DNA of 64,000 nucleotides from Candidatus Omnitrophota bacterium (GTDB lineage Bacteria; Omnitrophota; Gorgyraeia; Zapsychrales; Fredricksoniimonadaceae): NCBI GenBank assembly GCA_963828495.1, contig CAWHFJ010000009.1, positions 31,166 to 95,165 of the forward strand, read 5' to 3'. Shown piece by piece: positions 61,858 to 64,000 of this stretch (position 1 is its first letter; each line of letters starts with the position of its first letter). The notes under the pieces were generated by a model. It saw only the letters and a program-made list of their open reading frames with translations, ran no database searches and was not told where the DNA came from. The position numbers and the translations under genes were made by a program.

Positions 61858-62565
61858 TCACCTTTTATGTAAACTTTTCAGATGTTCCTGCGCCCAGGAA
61901 TAACGCTCCGGGGTCCCGATATCAATGAAACGGTTTTCTACTTCAAATGCGTAAAAGCCACGGCCCACCAAACGCGGGAAAAAGTCGTATTCGATCGAAA
62001 ATTGAGCGGGGGTTTCCGCTAAAGAAAACACTTCACGATTAAAACAATACGTCCCGGTATTGATAAAAGCCTGGGTGGCTTGCGGCTGTTTTTCTTTAAA
62101 GGCCTCAATGGTACCGCCGGGGGCGATTTCAATGGTCCCATAATCGCGGGCATCGGGCATAAGAGTCACCGCTAAAGTCGCCTGGGCTTTTTGTTTTTGA
62201 TGAAACGCCATCAAACGTTTGTAATCAATCACGCAAAAACAATCTCCATTCATCGCTATGAACCGATCTGTTTGAACGAGGCCCCCCCCTTGCTTGATGG
62301 CTCCCCCCGTCCCTAACGGAGATTCTTCCCTGGAAAAAATAATCTCGCGGTCGCGATATTTATCTTTAAAATACGCCTCTACCTTATCGCTGCCGTGGCC
62401 GACACATAAAATAAAACGCGTGGCCCCCTGCGAGGCAATATAATCAATCAATATTTCCAGAAACGGCTGATGGCCGATCTTGGCTAAGACTTTCTGCGCC
62501 CCGCCAGTGACAGAATGAAGACGTTTGCCCAAACCTCCGGCAAGGATAACGACATCTGGAAACAT
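61858..62565 (-). CDS. Sugar-1-phosphate nucleotidyltransferase (heptose/mannose-1-phosphate guanylyltransferase, HddC-like)
   Basis: N-terminus VVILAGGLGKRLHSVTGGAQKVLAKIG (G-rich NTP-transferase loop). 235 aa. Confidence 0.72.
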   Translation of the reverse strand: MFPDVVILAGGLGKRLHSVTGGAQKVLAKIGHQPFLEILIDYIASQGATRFILCVGHGSDKVEAYFKDKYRDREIIFSREESPLGTGGAIKQGGGLVQTDRFIAMNGDCFCVIDYKRLMAFHQKQKAQATLAVTLMPDARDYGTIEIAPGGTIEAFKEKQPQATQAFINTGTYCFNREVFSLAETPAQFSIEYDFFPRLVGRGFYAFEVENRFIDIGTPERYSWAQEHLKSLHKR

Positions 62566-62620
62566 ATGTTGAAAGATCCTTCGCTCGTTGGCTCAGGATG
62601 ACTCCGACATTACGTCGGAG

Positions 62621-63622
62621 TCATTTAACTAAGCCGCTCTCCGGTTGATAAAAAATGATCTGGCTGCCTAGATTTTCGAATTTCATAGGGACTTCCAACA
62701 GACTTTTGAGGGCTTTGCGTATTCTATCTTTCTTGGACGGCTCCACAAAAAGTAACACAAATCCGCCGCCGCCCGCTCCCAATAATTTACCGCCCAAAGC
62801 TCCGGCTGAAATCGCCGCTGTATACAAATCATCAATATAGGAGCTGGATATTTTATCCGACAAGGTGCGCTTAATCTTCCAGCTCTCATCCAACAGGCGG
62901 CCGAATTTCAATAAATCCTTGCTATTTAAGAGTTCGACGGCCTCTTGGACCATTTCATACATGCGGCTCAGTTCCGCCTTTTTTTTAGGCATATTCTTAA
63001 TCTGCGATTCAGCGATCTCTGAAGCACTGCGGGAAAACCCCGTAAAAAAAAGCATCAAATGCTCCTGCAAGTGATTTAAGTCCCCCGCCGCAAGGGTCAC
63101 GGGCACGACCCGCAAATGGTTGGAGCCCCCGAATTCAATTAAATTAAAACCGCCGTACGCGGCCAACGTCTGGTCCTGACAACCGACATTTTCCTTAATC
63201 ATGTCCTGTTCGACAAAAATAGCCTCACGGGCCAAACGCTCTTTGGTGACTATCTGCCCTTTTAAGGCATATAAAGCATTCAGCAGTCCGACGGTAAAAG
63301 AAGAGCTTGACCCCAAACCGGTACGCGCCGGCAAATCCCCGTCGTGATGGATTTCAATGCCTTTATGGATCTTCAAAAAACGTAAGACTTCCCGGACGGC
63401 AGGATGGTCGATTTCGTCAATGGATTCACGGACATGTTCCATCTTCGAATAAATGATGCGCGACTTGTGTTCAAAAAAAGGCGGGAGATAACGACACGTG
63501 ATATAACAATATTTATCAATGGTCGTCGCCAGTACGGCCCCATTATGGTCCTGAAACCAACTCTTGTAATCAGTGCCTCCACCGAAGAAAGAGACGCGAA
63601 AAGGCGTACGGGAAATGATCAT
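62621..63622 (-). CDS. GHMP-family sugar kinase (D-glycero-D-manno-heptose 7-phosphate kinase, HddA-like)
   Basis: ISRTPFRVSFFGGGTD N-terminus and the GHMP ATP-binding motif PARTGLGSSSSF. Confidence 0.72.
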   Translation of the reverse strand: MIISRTPFRVSFFGGGTDYKSWFQDHNGAVLATTIDKYCYITCRYLPPFFEHKSRIIYSKMEHVRESIDEIDHPAVREVLRFLKIHKGIEIHHDGDLPARTGLGSSSSFTVGLLNALYALKGQIVTKERLAREAIFVEQDMIKENVGCQDQTLAAYGGFNLIEFGGSNHLRVVPVTLAAGDLNHLQEHLMLFFTGFSRSASEIAESQIKNMPKKKAELSRMYEMVQEAVELLNSKDLLKFGRLLDESWKIKRTLSDKISSSYIDDLYTAAISAGALGGKLLGAGGGGFVLLFVEPSKKDRIRKALKSLLEVPMKFENLGSQIIFYQPESGLVK

Positions 63623-64000
63623 AGGACAGGGGCCCTTTCCAGAATTTTACGTTTTAATTTGATCTTGGTTGATTTAATCGTCTCATCCACCGCCGCCTGG
63701 CCGAATTTTTGTTTAAGAAGTTCTAAAAATTGAGGATGGGTATGATATTTCATCCAGGCCTCATCCCTGAAGGCCAATACCTGCCGGGCGGTTAAATACT
63801 TAGTCGGCAAAGGCTGTCCTTCAAAGGAATGTTGAGAAAAACCGGCATAGGACGACGGCAGTTCCCATCCTGCTTTTTTAGCCATGCCGTACAAGGGACT
63901 GCCCGGATAGGCCATGGCTGAATAAAAATTAGCCTCCTCGGTATTCATGGCCATCGCCAAATCCAAGGTCATCTGCATGCTGGCCATATCATCCTCGGGC
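63619..64000 (-). CDS. 3' part of a gene running off the right edge (B12-binding radical-SAM-like C-terminal region; tentative)
   Basis: C-terminal 122 aa visible (..NFYSAMAYPGSPLYGMAKKAGW..). The ORF is open to the window edge. Confidence 0.3.
   Translation of the reverse strand, partial: PEDDMASMQMTLDLAMAMNTEEANFYSAMAYPGSPLYGMAKKAGWELPSSYAGFSQHSFEGQPLPTKYLTARQVLAFRDEAWMKYHTHPQFLELLKQKFGQAAVDETIKSTKIKLKRKILERAPVL

Overview
This 64 kb window looks like chromosomal DNA from an uncultivated bacterium, and gene density is high on both strands. Housekeeping content: pyruvate kinase, enolase, FtsB, PurN, Fmt, a PriA-like protein, tRNA-Met (initiator-like), tRNA-Thr(CGU) and tRNA-Phe(GAA). The accessory content is dominated by envelope glycan and protein glycosylation genes. 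These comprise at least eight large polytopic GT-C/PMT_2/DUF2079-type membrane proteins; GT2, GT4, GT9 and GT28-like transferases; two DegT-type aminotransferases; a GDP-heptose branch (HddA-, HddC- and GmhB-like); SGNH hydrolases; a sugar ABC transporter; a GPH-family symporter; and a carbamoyltransferase/SxtJ/DUF5989 triad. Three loci stand out. (i) At 23661-26975 an FtsH-family protease carries three tandem, complete AAA+ modules ahead of a single M41 peptidase domain. It follows a prepilin/PilX-like gene set and precedes a lipoprotein gene whose start lies 4 nt after its stop. (ii) At 1-5800 a cluster holds three radical-SAM genes, an 89-aa Lys/Ser/Thr/Pro-rich peptide gene and glycosyltransferases. 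(iii) At 49034-50800 a PriA homologue lacks the Walker A and DExH helicase motifs. Data quality caveat: at least 13 conserved genes (eno, ftsB, fmt, pit, galT paralog, DegT, pilin, an SBP, GT-C genes) are split by single-base frameshifts, mostly at homopolymers. This is more consistent with uncorrected indel errors than with biology. ORF-track fragments were therefore merged where the protein continuity is obvious. No CRISPR array, IS element or integrase was found.
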